Below, one piece after another: positions 19,002 to 29,098 of a DNA stretch of 64,000 bases. This DNA comes from Staphylococcus phage S-CoN_Ph3: sequence record OR354826.1; one strand, written 5' to 3'. The notes beneath the pieces were generated by a model. That model had not been told where the DNA came from and searched no databases. It worked only from the letters and a program-made list of their open reading frames with translations. Made by a program: the position numbers and the translations under genes. Every line of letters begins with the position of its first letter. The first letter of the stretch is position 1.

Positions 19002-19232
19002 TCATTCATCAACCTTTTCTAATTTTACTTTAGATAATACAGAATAATCTACTTCTCCTAGTTCAACTAAATCTAATAACATTTCGTCATAAGATACATT
19101 GTTCATTATATATGAATACCTTTTAGCAATAACTTTTCTTAGTTGTTGAATAAATGTGTTAAATGACACTCTTCTATTTATTTGGTGGTGCAATTGAGCA
19201 AACCACTCTTTACTAGTTATTTGTTGCTCCAT
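19002..19232 (-). CDS. hypothetical protein
   Basis: 76-aa ORF, tightly packed with neighbours. Confidence 0.3.
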   Translation of the reverse strand: MEQQITSKEWFAQLHHQINRRVSFNTFIQQLRKVIAKRYSYIMNNVSYDEMLLDLVELGEVDYSVLSKVKLEKVDE

Positions 19233-19516
19233 ACATCCTCCTTAAGTGAATAGTAGTCTTCTGATATATTGTTTAAAATATATTCTTTGACTAAATTATA
19301 TTTTAAATTTTGATAACTATACCATCTTTCCAACATATCATAAGGGAAATAAATATAGTGTTTTTGTTTTGTTATCATATTGGTAATTTCAGCTTCTACC
19401 ATATCTGGTAAATTATTATCTATTTCAGTCACTTTAAAATACTCAAAAGTCATTCTCTTTAGAATATTAGTGATTCTCTCTTTTATCATTAATAAATTCC
19501 TCCGGATAACTTGCAA
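19217..19516 (-). CDS. hypothetical protein
   Basis: 99-aa ORF. Confidence 0.3.
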   Translation of the reverse strand: MQVIRRNLLMIKERITNILKRMTFEYFKVTEIDNNLPDMVEAEITNMITKQKHYIYFPYDMLERWYSYQNLKYNLVKEYILNNISEDYYSLKEDVWSNK

Positions 19517-19988
19517 TTGTTTTTACTGATGTTTCATATGGCGCTTTTAATGATAATGTTACTTGCGCTCCTAAAAATTCCTTGTTTAAACTAGTGTAAT
19601 GAGATTTAACATTCACATTTAATACTTTATATCGTGGATAATTTTTAACAAACTCATTTAATCTATCGTTTAATTCTAAAATATCATTTCCATATACTTC
19701 ATCAATAATTATTTTTTCCATTGTTTTTTCCTCCTGTAAATTAACATCAATCTTAGTTGCCATATCTAATTTAATAAACATGCTTTGTAGTTCGAATTTA
19801 ATTTTCTTTCCAATTATTTTGTTTTTTACTCCTTTTAATTTTCCTATTAAGGATATAGTTTCAAAAATCATATAACAAATATCATTATAATCAGAAAGAT
19901 ATATGGCTTTTCTATTTTTATTATAGCATCTATTAAACTCAAAGTCAATTTGTCTTTTTGATTGTTTGATTTCTTTTAATAGCTCCAT
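19467..19988 (-). CDS. hypothetical protein
   Basis: 173-aa ORF. Confidence 0.3.
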   Translation of the reverse strand: MELLKEIKQSKRQIDFEFNRCYNKNRKAIYLSDYNDICYMIFETISLIGKLKGVKNKIIGKKIKFELQSMFIKLDMATKIDVNLQEEKTMEKIIIDEVYGNDILELNDRLNEFVKNYPRYKVLNVNVKSHYTSLNKEFLGAQVTLSLKAPYETSVKTIASYPEEFINDKRENH

Positions 19989-20525
19989 CTATCGTTCTCC
20001 TTTTATCTCATTACACATATATTGTAACATATCTTGACTGTCTGCGTCAAGTACAATATCAGCAAAATATGGAGCCGAAACAAATAAATCTCTGTCAACT
20101 GATAATCTTCTATTTACTTCATCAATAGAATCTCCACGTTCTTTTGCTCTCTGTCTGATTAAATCTTCAGAAGCATTTATATAAACGGAGGTTACTAAAC
20201 TCCCAAACTCATCTTTAATAGCTCTAAGACCTTGTGGGTCAGTTATAACTATCTTTTCTTGTATTGGGATTAAATCTTCTTTTTTCATTGCATAAATAAA
20301 TGGCTCTTCTCTATATTTAGTATAAAAATATCTATGTCCAAAATATTGTGGCTTTTCTAGTTCTTCTGTTGAAACAAAATGATAATCTTTGCCATTAATT
20401 TCTCCATCTCTCATAGGTCTGTTAGTATATGTTGTTACTTGCTCAATTCCTGTAGATGTTACCAAATCTTTTACTAAAGTTGTTTTCCCACTAAGTGTTT
20501 GTCCAACTATTGCATATATTTTCAT
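19989..20525 (-). CDS. guanylate-kinase-like nucleoside monophosphate kinase
   Basis: P-loop GQTLSGKTT and guanylate kinase signature TNRPMRDGEINGKDYHFVS. Confidence 0.5.
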   Translation of the reverse strand: MKIYAIVGQTLSGKTTLVKDLVTSTGIEQVTTYTNRPMRDGEINGKDYHFVSTEELEKPQYFGHRYFYTKYREEPFIYAMKKEDLIPIQEKIVITDPQGLRAIKDEFGSLVTSVYINASEDLIRQRAKERGDSIDEVNRRLSVDRDLFVSAPYFADIVLDADSQDMLQYMCNEIKGER

Positions 20526-20548
20526 AAATAACTTCCTCCTTTGATTAT

Positions 20549-20578
20549 ATTATATAATAAAAAGAAAAGTCCTGTCAA
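20549..20578 (-). promoter_or_regulatory. sigma-70-type promoter (TTGACA -35 within hairpin AGTCCTGTCAAGGACT, TATAAT -10, about 18-bp spacer)
   Basis: plus-strand TGTCAA at about 20573-20578 and ATTATA at about 20549-20554. Confidence 0.45.
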
Positions 20579-20581
20579 GGA

Positions 20582-22882
20582 CTAATCTTGTGTTTCTTTG
20601 TAATAATCATTTCTTAAAGTGATAATATCTTTTTTTAAATACTCTTTATCTTGTTGTTTTGCCCAATAATAGAAGTTTGTAAGAGTTTTATCTTTTTGGA
20701 AAATTGCTTGAATAGGTCTTCTCTGTAGATTCCCTTTTGATAGTGATTCCACTAAGCTACGCATATATTTCCAGTTGTTGTAATATGGTGTTTTATACTT
20801 TAACATAAATCCGTTAGAATCCTCAAACACAAATCCCTCTATTGCAATAGAATTATCCTTTTCTAAATCTTGATAGAAAGTGAACAAGTCATTCCAATTA
20901 GAGAATGAGTAAATAGGTATTGAGATATTTCTATCAATATTAATAATCTCTACTGCAAGGAAGGTTAAGGCATCATTAGATAATTTATTAAATTTAAGAG
21001 TATTATCAACTGTATCTAATAATACTACATTTCGTTTATCTCCATCATAAATAATATGTGGGTCATTAATATTATCTATTACTTCAAATAGTAATGTTCT
21101 ATTTGTATCTTTTAAATATTTTTTTGCGTTTTCGATTTGTTCATTGCTCCATGTTTCTTCAACAATATCTTTAAATAATAGAGCAAAATCATTGTCATAT
21201 TGTGACAAATGAGTTTTTGACTTACTAGCATAAATTAATTCATCACGGTTATTATCATAGAACATTAACCCTAGAAATCCATTATATTTTAATGACGCAG
21301 TAACTGGAAATTTTAAGGTATCTGGTAGATTTTCTAGTTTTGTTTCTGGTCTTTCATTGATATTGAAAAATTTATTATAACCTCTGCCAACAATTTCATT
21401 TGTGCTTTCATCAATAAATAATCCTCTTGCTGTTACTGATAATTGATTCCAATGTTTTCTTTTAAATGCTTTTTTAGTGAAGTTCACAGATACTACATTA
21501 TCATATTGTGGGATTACTTTAATATATTTATCTTCTTTTGCAAGTCTTAAATATTCTTCAACTGTTAAATTGGTGTCAATATCTTTTGTATAATCATTAT
21601 TTAATAGAAATTTGGAATTAAATATTTCATTTTTAATTTCGTGTGGTGTTAAAGTATTATCACTATTAATTGTAACAGCTCTTAAGGAACCACCTTTTTC
21701 AACTCTGCCTTCTAAATTGATAGATTGTTTTGTTACATTTAATGGTTCTCTATAAAGATTTCTGTGTCCATGAATTTGTATAGTGTCTGAATTTTCCCAT
21801 TGTTCATCAATTTGATATTCATATCCACCTACGCCATTAATAATTTGATGTGTAGATACTAAATTAATATCATCTAACATATTAGGCAAAATACCACCAT
21901 GATTAATCATATAGTATTGACCTTTGTAATTAAAGTATAACATTTGTTGTAAACTATGAACGATACGTCTTACTCTTTTTTGACTAACACCATAATTCAA
22001 AAATTCTTTAAGAGTAGGAACAAACCCTCTAGCATGAAACAATTCTATTGCAGTATCAAAAAATGTTTCATTTGTAGTATTTGAATCGTCTAATGTGTTA
22101 TTTAATTTTAGATATTTATCTTCATCTAAAAAAGCGTATCTTCTTAAATGTTTTTCATGATTACCTTCCAACAATACTACATTAGGTTGTTTGTAAATTA
22201 GTTCTAAATAGTCAAACATCTCTTTGGTTTCTAAACCTCTATCAAAGTAATCTCCAACAAAAATAAATAGTTCATTTGGATTATCAATAATTTTTTGGTA
22301 ACTTGCAAATTGATTAATTGCTGTAAAGCATGAGTGAATATCTCCAATAACATGTATTTTATCATAATTGTCGGTATCAAGGAAGTCTTTATCCCATTTA
22401 ATCTCATTCATTAATTTATTTGGTTTAATTTCTGTAGCATAACTAGGGATATGTTCATGCTGTAATCTTTCATAAATATTATAAATTACTTCTTCTGGAA
22501 CTTTCTTTAACTCTTCTCTTTGGTTATTGCGTTCAATTAATGTGTCTAAATCTTGTTCAACAGTTACTACATAAGTACGATAACGATATTTACGTGCTAA
22601 TGTTTCATATTTTTTAATTAATTTTCCTGTAGAATGTGTAGCGTCAATAACAGTAAAATCCCCATTAATCATCCTTTCTTCAAGAATTTCCATTAGATTA
22701 TCCCAAACTTGATTATCGTGTTTTTGTGAGATAACTCTCATTCCTTGTTCATTATACACAGGGCTTGTGTGCATTTGTCTAAGTTCATCTGGAGATATTG
22801 TGTATGGCTCTAAACCATTCTCCTTAATAAAAGTAGACTTACCAGCCCCTGGTACGCCTCTCATTAATACTAATTGTTTCAT
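20582..22882 (-). CDS. Pnkp-like RNA repair enzyme: P-loop polynucleotide kinase + metallophosphatase + ATP-dependent RNA-ligase-like nucleotidyltransferase domain
   Basis: start set at MKQLVLMRGVPGAGKST (AGGAG 8 nt upstream) rather than ORF-track 22918; kinase P-loop; phosphoesterase motifs GDIHSCF, GDYFDRG, GNHE; C-terminal ligase-like motifs LKYNGF (KxNG), LLFEVI, EGFVFED, FMLKYK. Confidence 0.55.
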   Translation of the reverse strand: MKQLVLMRGVPGAGKSTFIKENGLEPYTISPDELRQMHTSPVYNEQGMRVISQKHDNQVWDNLMEILEERMINGDFTVIDATHSTGKLIKKYETLARKYRYRTYVVTVEQDLDTLIERNNQREELKKVPEEVIYNIYERLQHEHIPSYATEIKPNKLMNEIKWDKDFLDTDNYDKIHVIGDIHSCFTAINQFASYQKIIDNPNELFIFVGDYFDRGLETKEMFDYLELIYKQPNVVLLEGNHEKHLRRYAFLDEDKYLKLNNTLDDSNTTNETFFDTAIELFHARGFVPTLKEFLNYGVSQKRVRRIVHSLQQMLYFNYKGQYYMINHGGILPNMLDDINLVSTHQIINGVGGYEYQIDEQWENSDTIQIHGHRNLYREPLNVTKQSINLEGRVEKGGSLRAVTINSDNTLTPHEIKNEIFNSKFLLNNDYTKDIDTNLTVEEYLRLAKEDKYIKVIPQYDNVVSVNFTKKAFKRKHWNQLSVTARGLFIDESTNEIVGRGYNKFFNINERPETKLENLPDTLKFPVTASLKYNGFLGLMFYDNNRDELIYASKSKTHLSQYDNDFALLFKDIVEETWSNEQIENAKKYLKDTNRTLLFEVIDNINDPHIIYDGDKRNVVLLDTVDNTLKFNKLSNDALTFLAVEIINIDRNISIPIYSFSNWNDLFTFYQDLEKDNSIAIEGFVFEDSNGFMLKYKTPYYNNWKYMRSLVESLSKGNLQRRPIQAIFQKDKTLTNFYYWAKQQDKEYLKKDIITLRNDYYKETQD

Positions 22883-22895
22883 AATAATTTCTCCT

Positions 22896-23201
22896 TTATT
22901 TTTTAATGTATACATCATATTTAGTATCTAATTCTCTATAACCTGTTAGGAAATAGAGTTTACTTTTCTTTGATACTGTATATATTGTTTTCTTTACATA
23001 ACTTTTATTACTCTCATGTACTTTCACATCAACAGAAGATACTGCTGCTGTCTCATTAAATTGTTCTGCTGAAATTACTGATACATTTTTATCTTTTAAA
23101 GCTACTTCTTTAGGTAAAATAATAGTTACTCCTATTAGTAAAATACCTATAAATCCTAAAAATTCAAAACTTTTTTTCTCTTTTTTATCCCTACGTACCA
23201 T
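22896..23201 (-). CDS. hypothetical single-pass membrane protein
   Basis: 101-aa ORF with one hydrophobic helix FLGFIGILLIGVTIIL. Confidence 0.3.
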   Translation of the reverse strand: MVRRDKKEKKSFEFLGFIGILLIGVTIILPKEVALKDKNVSVISAEQFNETAAVSSVDVKVHESNKSYVKKTIYTVSKKSKLYFLTGYRELDTKYDVYIKK

Positions 23202-23241
23202 GATACCACTGTTAAAACTAAAATAATAAAATTAAAAACCA

Positions 23242-23538
23242 TTAATTTTCTCCTTGTTTAAAATATTCATTAGATAGAAATGCTAATTTTTTTATTTCTT
23301 TTCTATTGGTTAAACTTAAATGTTTCTTTTTGTTACCTTTTATAATGTCTATTTCATATAACCAACCATCAAAATACGGTTTACTCAAATATTTCATTAT
23401 TTCTCTTTCTAAATATATAGGATAATCCGCTTTAATGTATATACATTTTGAACTAGGTAAGTACATTGAATATCTAAGTTGTTGTTTAGTCTTTTTTTCT
23501 GGTATATCATTAAACCAGTTTACAATATGATGCCACAT
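23242..23538 (-). CDS. hypothetical protein
   Basis: 98-aa ORF. Confidence 0.3.
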   Translation of the reverse strand: MWHHIVNWFNDIPEKKTKQQLRYSMYLPSSKCIYIKADYPIYLEREIMKYLSKPYFDGWLYEIDIIKGNKKKHLSLTNRKEIKKLAFLSNEYFKQGEN

Positions 23539-23555
23539 TTATTATTTACACTCCT

Positions 23556-23756
23556 TTAAATTATTCTATTAGCTTTCTCTAATGCTATCAACAATTCAGT
23601 CATTACATCTCTTTTTTCAGAATTAGAGACTGGTAAATCAAGGTATTCCTTAATAATTTTATGTGCTTGGACATAACTTAGGTCATCAATACTTTCTGAT
23701 TTACTTACTACTTTGTTTGCTTCATCATGTAAATTTTTAATTTGTTTATTATTCAT
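23556..23756 (-). CDS. hypothetical protein
   Basis: 66-aa ORF with RBS AAAGGAGAATT. Confidence 0.3.
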   Translation of the reverse strand: MNNKQIKNLHDEANKVVSKSESIDDLSYVQAHKIIKEYLDLPVSNSEKRDVMTELLIALEKANRII

Positions 23757-23833
23757 AATAAATTCTCCTTTATCCTTTTGTTATATTATACTTTACGTTA
23801 TACCTGTATATTTGTCAAGGTTTTTATCGTTGT

Positions 23834-24229
23834 TTATTTTAGATTGTCTATTGTTTCTTTAATTAAATAACCTTCTGGATTTGTTATTTCTTGAATACTC
23901 ATAGGTACTCCTAGAATTACAGCACCTAGTAAAAGAAGAGTAAGAAAACCACTAACAATAAGAGCTATATAACCCAAATAAGTAGGGTCTACGTTTGAAT
24001 TATAATCTTTTTCAAATAACATTGAAACATTACATTTAACACATTTTTTATAAGATTTATATAAAACAATCCATGATATAATTGTAACAATTAAAATTGC
24101 TATAATAGATATTAAATCAAAAATCCCTTGCATAACGGTGTGTTTAATTAAACTTTCATATCCATGTGAACCAACTTTTTCTAACTTTTCCCCTAATTGA
24201 TTAAAACTTTCTAATGTTTCTTTATTCAA
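23834..24229 (-). CDS. hypothetical membrane protein
   Basis: 131-aa ORF with two or three TM helices. Confidence 0.3.
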   Translation of the reverse strand: MNKETLESFNQLGEKLEKVGSHGYESLIKHTVMQGIFDLISIIAILIVTIISWIVLYKSYKKCVKCNVSMLFEKDYNSNVDPTYLGYIALIVSGFLTLLLLGAVILGVPMSIQEITNPEGYLIKETIDNLK

Positions 24230-24239
24230 AATAATTACC

Positions 24240-24740
24240 TCACTTTTTTATTATGCTAATATCTAAAAAATCATTATCTCTTATTTTATGGTTCTCAATA
24301 TTAATATTTTTATTATTTTCAAGACTAATTTTATCTCCTGATTCTATGTTTTTACTGTGTCTAGAATTAATAACATACAATTCATTTTTAGTATCTTTAA
24401 AGTATATTTTTTGCTCTATTGCATCTCTATCATCTACTTTTGGTTTAAAGTTTTCTACTTCTGTTACTTTAGTATAGCCTTTTGTTTCATAAATTTTATC
24501 TTTGACAAGTAAATAATTCATTGTTAAACCAAAGATAGTAACACCAAATACTAATGGAGGTACAACTATAGAATGAAGTATAAAAGATGAAGATAATTTT
24601 ATTTTTTCTACACTTAAAAAGAATATTGAAAAAACAAGAACAGCAAATATAGATACAGTAATACCTGTTACAATAAGGTCAGCATTAAAGCTTTCTTTTA
24701 AAAACTCAAAATAACCTATATCTACTTTATTTATACTCAT
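24240..24740 (-). CDS. hypothetical membrane protein (two N-terminal TM helices plus soluble domain)
   Basis: 166-aa ORF. Confidence 0.3.
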   Translation of the reverse strand: MSINKVDIGYFEFLKESFNADLIVTGITVSIFAVLVFSIFFLSVEKIKLSSSFILHSIVVPPLVFGVTIFGLTMNYLLVKDKIYETKGYTKVTEVENFKPKVDDRDAIEQKIYFKDTKNELYVINSRHSKNIESGDKISLENNKNINIENHKIRDNDFLDISIIKK

Positions 24741-24741
24741 A

Positions 24742-24999
24742 TTAAACCCCCTTTATACTTTTTAGTAACTCATTATACTCATAAGCATTCCCTTTAACTT
24801 TTGAATGTTCTAATAACGATACAATAGAATTTGAACTAGACTCACTTTCAAAGTCTTCTGTTGAAACATCTGTATGCTTAATTCTAAAATCAGATAAGTA
24901 GATACGCTCTTTTCCACCTACTAAATCAGCATTAACTACAGCACAATAATCAATGAATTCTTTGTTTATTGTATTCCAAACTATATATTTAAAAGTCAT
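24742..24999 (-). CDS. hypothetical protein
   Basis: 85-aa ORF. Confidence 0.3.
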   Translation of the reverse strand: MTFKYIVWNTINKEFIDYCAVVNADLVGGKERIYLSDFRIKHTDVSTEDFESESSSNSIVSLLEHSKVKGNAYEYNELLKSIKGV

Positions 25000-25024
25000 T
25001 TATATTTAACTCCTTTTTTAATTA

Positions 25025-25225
25025 CTACTGATTAGGTAAACCAGCTTCTAGACATTCATTGTATGCTCTTTCGTTATCAATTTCTGTTCTATAATAATCA
25101 ATAATTTGTCCTATTTCAAGATGTGTCATTCTATTAATTTCACTCGCTTTATATATTTCCTCATTTCTTAAACCATATTCTTTTTGTAATCCTTGTACAT
25201 ACTTAATTTGTTTCTTTGTAGCCAT
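25025..25225 (-). CDS. hypothetical protein
   Basis: 66-aa ORF. Confidence 0.3.
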   Translation of the reverse strand: MATKKQIKYVQGLQKEYGLRNEEIYKASEINRMTHLEIGQIIDYYRTEIDNERAYNECLEAGLPNQ

Positions 25226-25240
25226 TATAAACTAACTCCT

Positions 25241-25786
25241 TTACAAATTTAATTTTTTCATAAGTTTTTCAAAATCATTTAAACCATCTAATTCATCCAT
25301 ATTCTTAATATCTTGTTTTAAAATACTTAATGTTCGTTCTATTGGTTGAGCTACATAACTAAAATCTTCAACTTCTTTTAACTTCTCATAACCATATTTA
25401 TAAGCACTTATTTTTTCTTCTTTGTATTTAAACCATATATCTTTATACCTATTATTTTCTTCCTTATCGATATCCTTTTTATATACTAGTTCTTTAATGA
25501 TTTGTGTATAATCTAAAACTGAATCATCACTTGAAAAACTAGTTAAAGAATCATTGTTAATTTCATCAACATCTATGTTTTTTGTTATTTTTGACCAATC
25601 TTCCTTACTCAATGTTGTTGTATATTCTCTGCTTTTATCTCCCATAGAATTAGGTGGTTCTACAATATGAGCAAATCGACAATCTTTATTCATACATACC
25701 AAATACGTTACACTTGTTGTTACACTTTCTACTTTATTACGCCCGCAATTAGGACAGTAATTATAATATCTTACCATTTTCATCAT
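25241..25786 (-). CDS. zinc-ribbon protein (start moved to internal MMKMVRYY, ATGA overlap with upstream gene)
   Basis: CPNCG...CMNKDC Cys4 motif; the 44-aa N-terminal extension in ORF track overlaps the membrane-protein gene 25783..26193. Confidence 0.3.
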   Translation of the reverse strand: MMKMVRYYNYCPNCGRNKVESVTTSVTYLVCMNKDCRFAHIVEPPNSMGDKSREYTTTLSKEDWSKITKNIDVDEINNDSLTSFSSDDSVLDYTQIIKELVYKKDIDKEENNRYKDIWFKYKEEKISAYKYGYEKLKEVEDFSYVAQPIERTLSILKQDIKNMDELDGLNDFEKLMKKLNL

Positions 25787-26193
25787 TCCTTTATTGTTTG
25801 AATTATTATTACTATAACAGCTATTACAATAATTGTCAAGATAATATATAGAATTAGTATTGGATAAATAAAACATAACGCTAATATTGAAAATACACAA
25901 CCACCTAATACACCACATAACAATAAATTATACCATTTAACTTTTTCTTCTTGATTAAAATCATTAAGAAAGATAATAACTATACTAAATACAGAAAAAA
26001 ACCAAATCATAGCGGGTATGGTTAAAATATATGATTGAATATTGAAATGGTTTAATAATAAACTAGGAAGTATTGCAATAAAAGATATTACACCAATTAT
26101 AATAATAATTCCAGCCAAAACTAATAACACTAATATTATAGGTAATATTAAGTATTCCCACAAATTTTTAAATAATCTTTTAATAAAATCCAT
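25783..26193 (-). CDS. hypothetical polytopic membrane protein
   Basis: 136 aa, almost entirely hydrophobic helices. Confidence 0.3.
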   Translation of the reverse strand: MDFIKRLFKNLWEYLILPIILVLLVLAGIIIIIGVISFIAILPSLLLNHFNIQSYILTIPAMIWFFSVFSIVIIFLNDFNQEEKVKWYNLLLCGVLGGCVFSILALCFIYPILILYIILTIIVIAVIVIIIQTIKE

Positions 26194-26225
26194 TAATTTT
26201 TTCTCCTTTTAATAGAATGCATGAT

Positions 26226-26501
26226 TTAGCTATTATTTCTCAATTCTTTTAAAGCATCTAAGTATTGTGCTAATCTATTAAAGTAAACATCTTCTACATA
26301 GTGTGTAGGAATATCTAAAATTACTTCACTTTCCTGTGTAATCTCATACGTTCTTCCTGAATGATTTAAACCTAATAATTTATTTTCGTTCTTTTCAATA
26401 ACTAGCATGGGCATATATCCTGCTATTGTAGAACCTTTAATAAATACTGAAACAAAATCTCCTACCTTTAAATTATTAACATCTTTAATTTTTTCACTCA
26501 T
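26226..26501 (-). CDS. hypothetical protein
   Basis: 91-aa ORF. Confidence 0.3.
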   Translation of the reverse strand: MSEKIKDVNNLKVGDFVSVFIKGSTIAGYMPMLVIEKNENKLLGLNHSGRTYEITQESEVILDIPTHYVEDVYFNRLAQYLDALKELRNNS

Positions 26502-26525
26502 AAATTAATCCTCCTATAAAATGTT

Positions 26526-26762
26526 TTACCCAGCATCATAATGATTATCATTTAAATCATAATCGGCATCTTTAGGTCTAACCCTACTCCAGTCTATATT
26601 TGCTTTAAACTTAGGTCGAAAATCCCCATCTCCATCAGCATATATAGAAACCGTTCTTGATGCACCTAAATTACCTAAGTATTCCATCTTATCTAGCATT
26701 GACATAAAATCATTAATCCATCTTTCTTCCATTTCAACTTCAATTGTAAATTTCTTTTTCAT
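26526..26762 (-). CDS. hypothetical protein
   Basis: 78-aa ORF. Confidence 0.3.
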   Translation of the reverse strand: MKKKFTIEVEMEERWINDFMSMLDKMEYLGNLGASRTVSIYADGDGDFRPKFKANIDWSRVRPKDADYDLNDNHYDAG

Positions 26763-26791
26763 AATATTTCCTCCTATATAAATTGTATGTT

Positions 26792-27301
26792 TTAAATTCT
26801 TTCAATTGTATCAGTGTTTAAATTCAAACAATATTTTACCTTTTTATCTAGTCCTCCTTTAGTGAAACCCTCGGATGTTCCTTGCCCTTGCATATAAAAA
26901 TACTTAAACAGTTCATTATTGTATCGTAAGTATATATCCATACCGAAATATGTTTCAATATAAAATGGAGGATATTCCATCACATTATCATTGTAAAAGT
27001 TATTGATATACTTACAAATAGATTCTAACTCTTGATGCATAAACTCTTCACTTGAATATAGATGTTTATACTTATCTTTATAGAGATACAGAATATCTTC
27101 TGTTGAGATACTTCCGAGTATCTCAATTGTCTCAGTAAACATTTTATTTAAATCAAAATCTTTGTTTTTGGCTTTCTTTAAAATTAAATTTCTTCTATTT
27201 TCTTTTTCTTTTAATTCATTATTAATGCTTTCTATTTGTTCATCAGTCATATTTGATATATTTTTCAATATTTTATCAAATTTGTCATCTATATTACTCA
27301 T
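26792..27301 (-). CDS. hypothetical protein
   Basis: 169-aa ORF. Confidence 0.3.
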   Translation of the reverse strand: MSNIDDKFDKILKNISNMTDEQIESINNELKEKENRRNLILKKAKNKDFDLNKMFTETIEILGSISTEDILYLYKDKYKHLYSSEEFMHQELESICKYINNFYNDNVMEYPPFYIETYFGMDIYLRYNNELFKYFYMQGQGTSEGFTKGGLDKKVKYCLNLNTDTIERI

Positions 27302-27533
27302 ATAGTATCGCTCCTTATAAAATGATTCTTTTATTCTGTAATTTTAACGTCAACGACGGGCTTCATCGACTATTATTTAGGCTTGCCTAACTTTTATAAG
27401 CTACTTGTCTTTCTTTATGATATTTTTACTATAATTTTTGTTGCTATTAAACTGCAAATTGCTTTTATCTTTTAAACTTTCTTTTTTCTTATCTTTTTCC
27501 ATATTTAAAACTCCTTTACTTTATTATAATTTG

Positions 27534-27561
27534 ATTATATAATAAAAAACACCCCTTGTCA
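27534..27561 (-). promoter_or_regulatory. sigma-70-type promoter inside palindrome AACACCCCTTGTCAAGGGGTGTT (TTGACA -35, 16-bp spacer, TATAAT -10)
   Basis: consensus hexamers read on minus strand; the palindrome also serves as terminator hairpin for gene 27559..28704. Confidence 0.5.
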
Positions 27562-28704
27562 AGGGTGTTTTAAAAATTCTGTTGGGTTTTTATAACTTGG
27601 TTTTTGAACCTCTAATTTACCTTCTAAATTGTTATAGGTAAGAGTAGGAGTATTTTCAACGTCAAAAGGAATAATCTCTTTACTTTTATTCAATATTTCA
27701 TCTATCTCGCTCATTAAGTGAGAAAAATCCGCAAATGACGATTCAACTTTGTTTAAATTGTTTTTACGGAAGCTATAAGTTTTTCTAAAAGGCTTAATAA
27801 TAAAATGATATACGTTGTTTTTTCTTACATAATCAAATTCTAAAGAATAATCATCGTGAACCTTTAAACTTTTCTCTTGTAAAATATATCCATTAATTGG
27901 TATTTTTGTAATACTATCAAAAGCATCTTGAAAGTTTGATAGGTCATACAATAATTCATTAGTATATGATTCTATTTTTTCTAAAATATTATTATTATTT
28001 ACTACTTTATAATTAGGGATAGCAGAATAAAAAGACATTCTGTCTAAAGATATTGCTCTTCCTTTTGAGAAATTGACATTTAATGATAAAAAATTGTTAT
28101 AGTCATTTTCTGTTAATAGTAATATTTTTAACTCGTCTGATAAAATAAATAAACTAATAACAAACGGGATATTTGAATATTCAAAATGTGTAGATAGTAA
28201 TTCATCATTATTAATATACTTACTGATTTTTTGTCTTATGTCGTTAAAAGTATCAATATTTTTGTTTAAACTGTGAATACTATTTTGAATATCTTTAATT
28301 ATAAATGGTACTGTTTCTTTAAATTCTTTTTTGTATAGTTCATTTTTACTTAAGGTTTTCGTGTAAGAATAATGTAAATCGTACTTTTTATTACATGTAG
28401 TAATTGTAATCACGCCGAAAGAACCTGTATAAGGAAAATCTATATATGCTGATACTTTATATTCGTCAGATATATTATAAGTAAATTTAGATAGTTTTAA
28501 TTTTGTATTGTTTTCATCAAATGAATAATTAGGAAATATTTTTTCTAATTGCTTACCTATCTCTTTGTACATATACTCTCTTGATACTTCTTCTTTTTTA
28601 TTAACAACATTATCAACTTTGTTTTTCATTATATCTGAATGATACACATACATTAACACTAAAGCAATAACAATTAGTAATAAACCAATTAATAAAAATA
28701 GCAT
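27559..28704 (-). CDS. hypothetical N-terminally membrane-anchored protein
   Basis: 381-aa ORF; N-terminal TM helix LFLLIGLLLIVIALVLMYV; ORF-track end coordinate differs by 1 nt from my reading of the stop codon. Confidence 0.35.
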   Translation of the reverse strand: MLFLLIGLLLIVIALVLMYVYHSDIMKNKVDNVVNKKEEVSREYMYKEIGKQLEKIFPNYSFDENNTKLKLSKFTYNISDEYKVSAYIDFPYTGSFGVITITTCNKKYDLHYSYTKTLSKNELYKKEFKETVPFIIKDIQNSIHSLNKNIDTFNDIRQKISKYINNDELLSTHFEYSNIPFVISLFILSDELKILLLTENDYNNFLSLNVNFSKGRAISLDRMSFYSAIPNYKVVNNNNILEKIESYTNELLYDLSNFQDAFDSITKIPINGYILQEKSLKVHDDYSLEFDYVRKNNVYHFIIKPFRKTYSFRKNNLNKVESSFADFSHLMSEIDEILNKSKEIIPFDVENTPTLTYNNLEGKLEVQKPSYKNPTEFLKHP

Positions 28705-28722
28705 TATAATTAATCTCTCCTT

Positions 28723-29076
28723 TTATTTTTTAAGAAACTCTTCGATTTTATTTTGTTTTTCTATACTTTCGTTTCGTTTTTTCTGTTTTTCATTTACATA
28801 CTCTTCATAATAAACATCAACTAAATCAAATACATTGTCAGACTTATAAATTCTTGCATTCGCTATATCTATACTAAAATCAGTGGTTAAGTCGATATAT
28901 GTCGTCCATGTGTTATTTTTTACAAATACTAAAGTTGAAATTATATCATTTTCGATATAACGTATTTCATAACCATCTCCTAAATTATATAGTTTGTCGT
29001 TGCTTTGGTTTTCCGACGACCCGTGTATTTTAATATATTGTGCTAAGTCTAAAATATTAAAATCCATTCTTATCAA
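28723..29076 (-). CDS. hypothetical protein (TTG start)
   Basis: 117-aa ORF. Confidence 0.3.
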   Translation of the reverse strand: MIRMDFNILDLAQYIKIHGSSENQSNDKLYNLGDGYEIRYIENDIISTLVFVKNNTWTTYIDLTTDFSIDIANARIYKSDNVFDLVDVYYEEYVNEKQKKRNESIEKQNKIEEFLKK

Positions 29077-29098
29077 TCTCCTTATTTATTATATATAA

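Noticed and set aside
27556-27561. 1-nt disagreement between my hand-indexed stop codon of ORF 27559..28704 and the ORF-track coordinate
   Set aside because: Most likely my manual counting of one sequence line. It affects only approximate coordinates of nearby promoter elements (plus or minus 1 nt), not any call.
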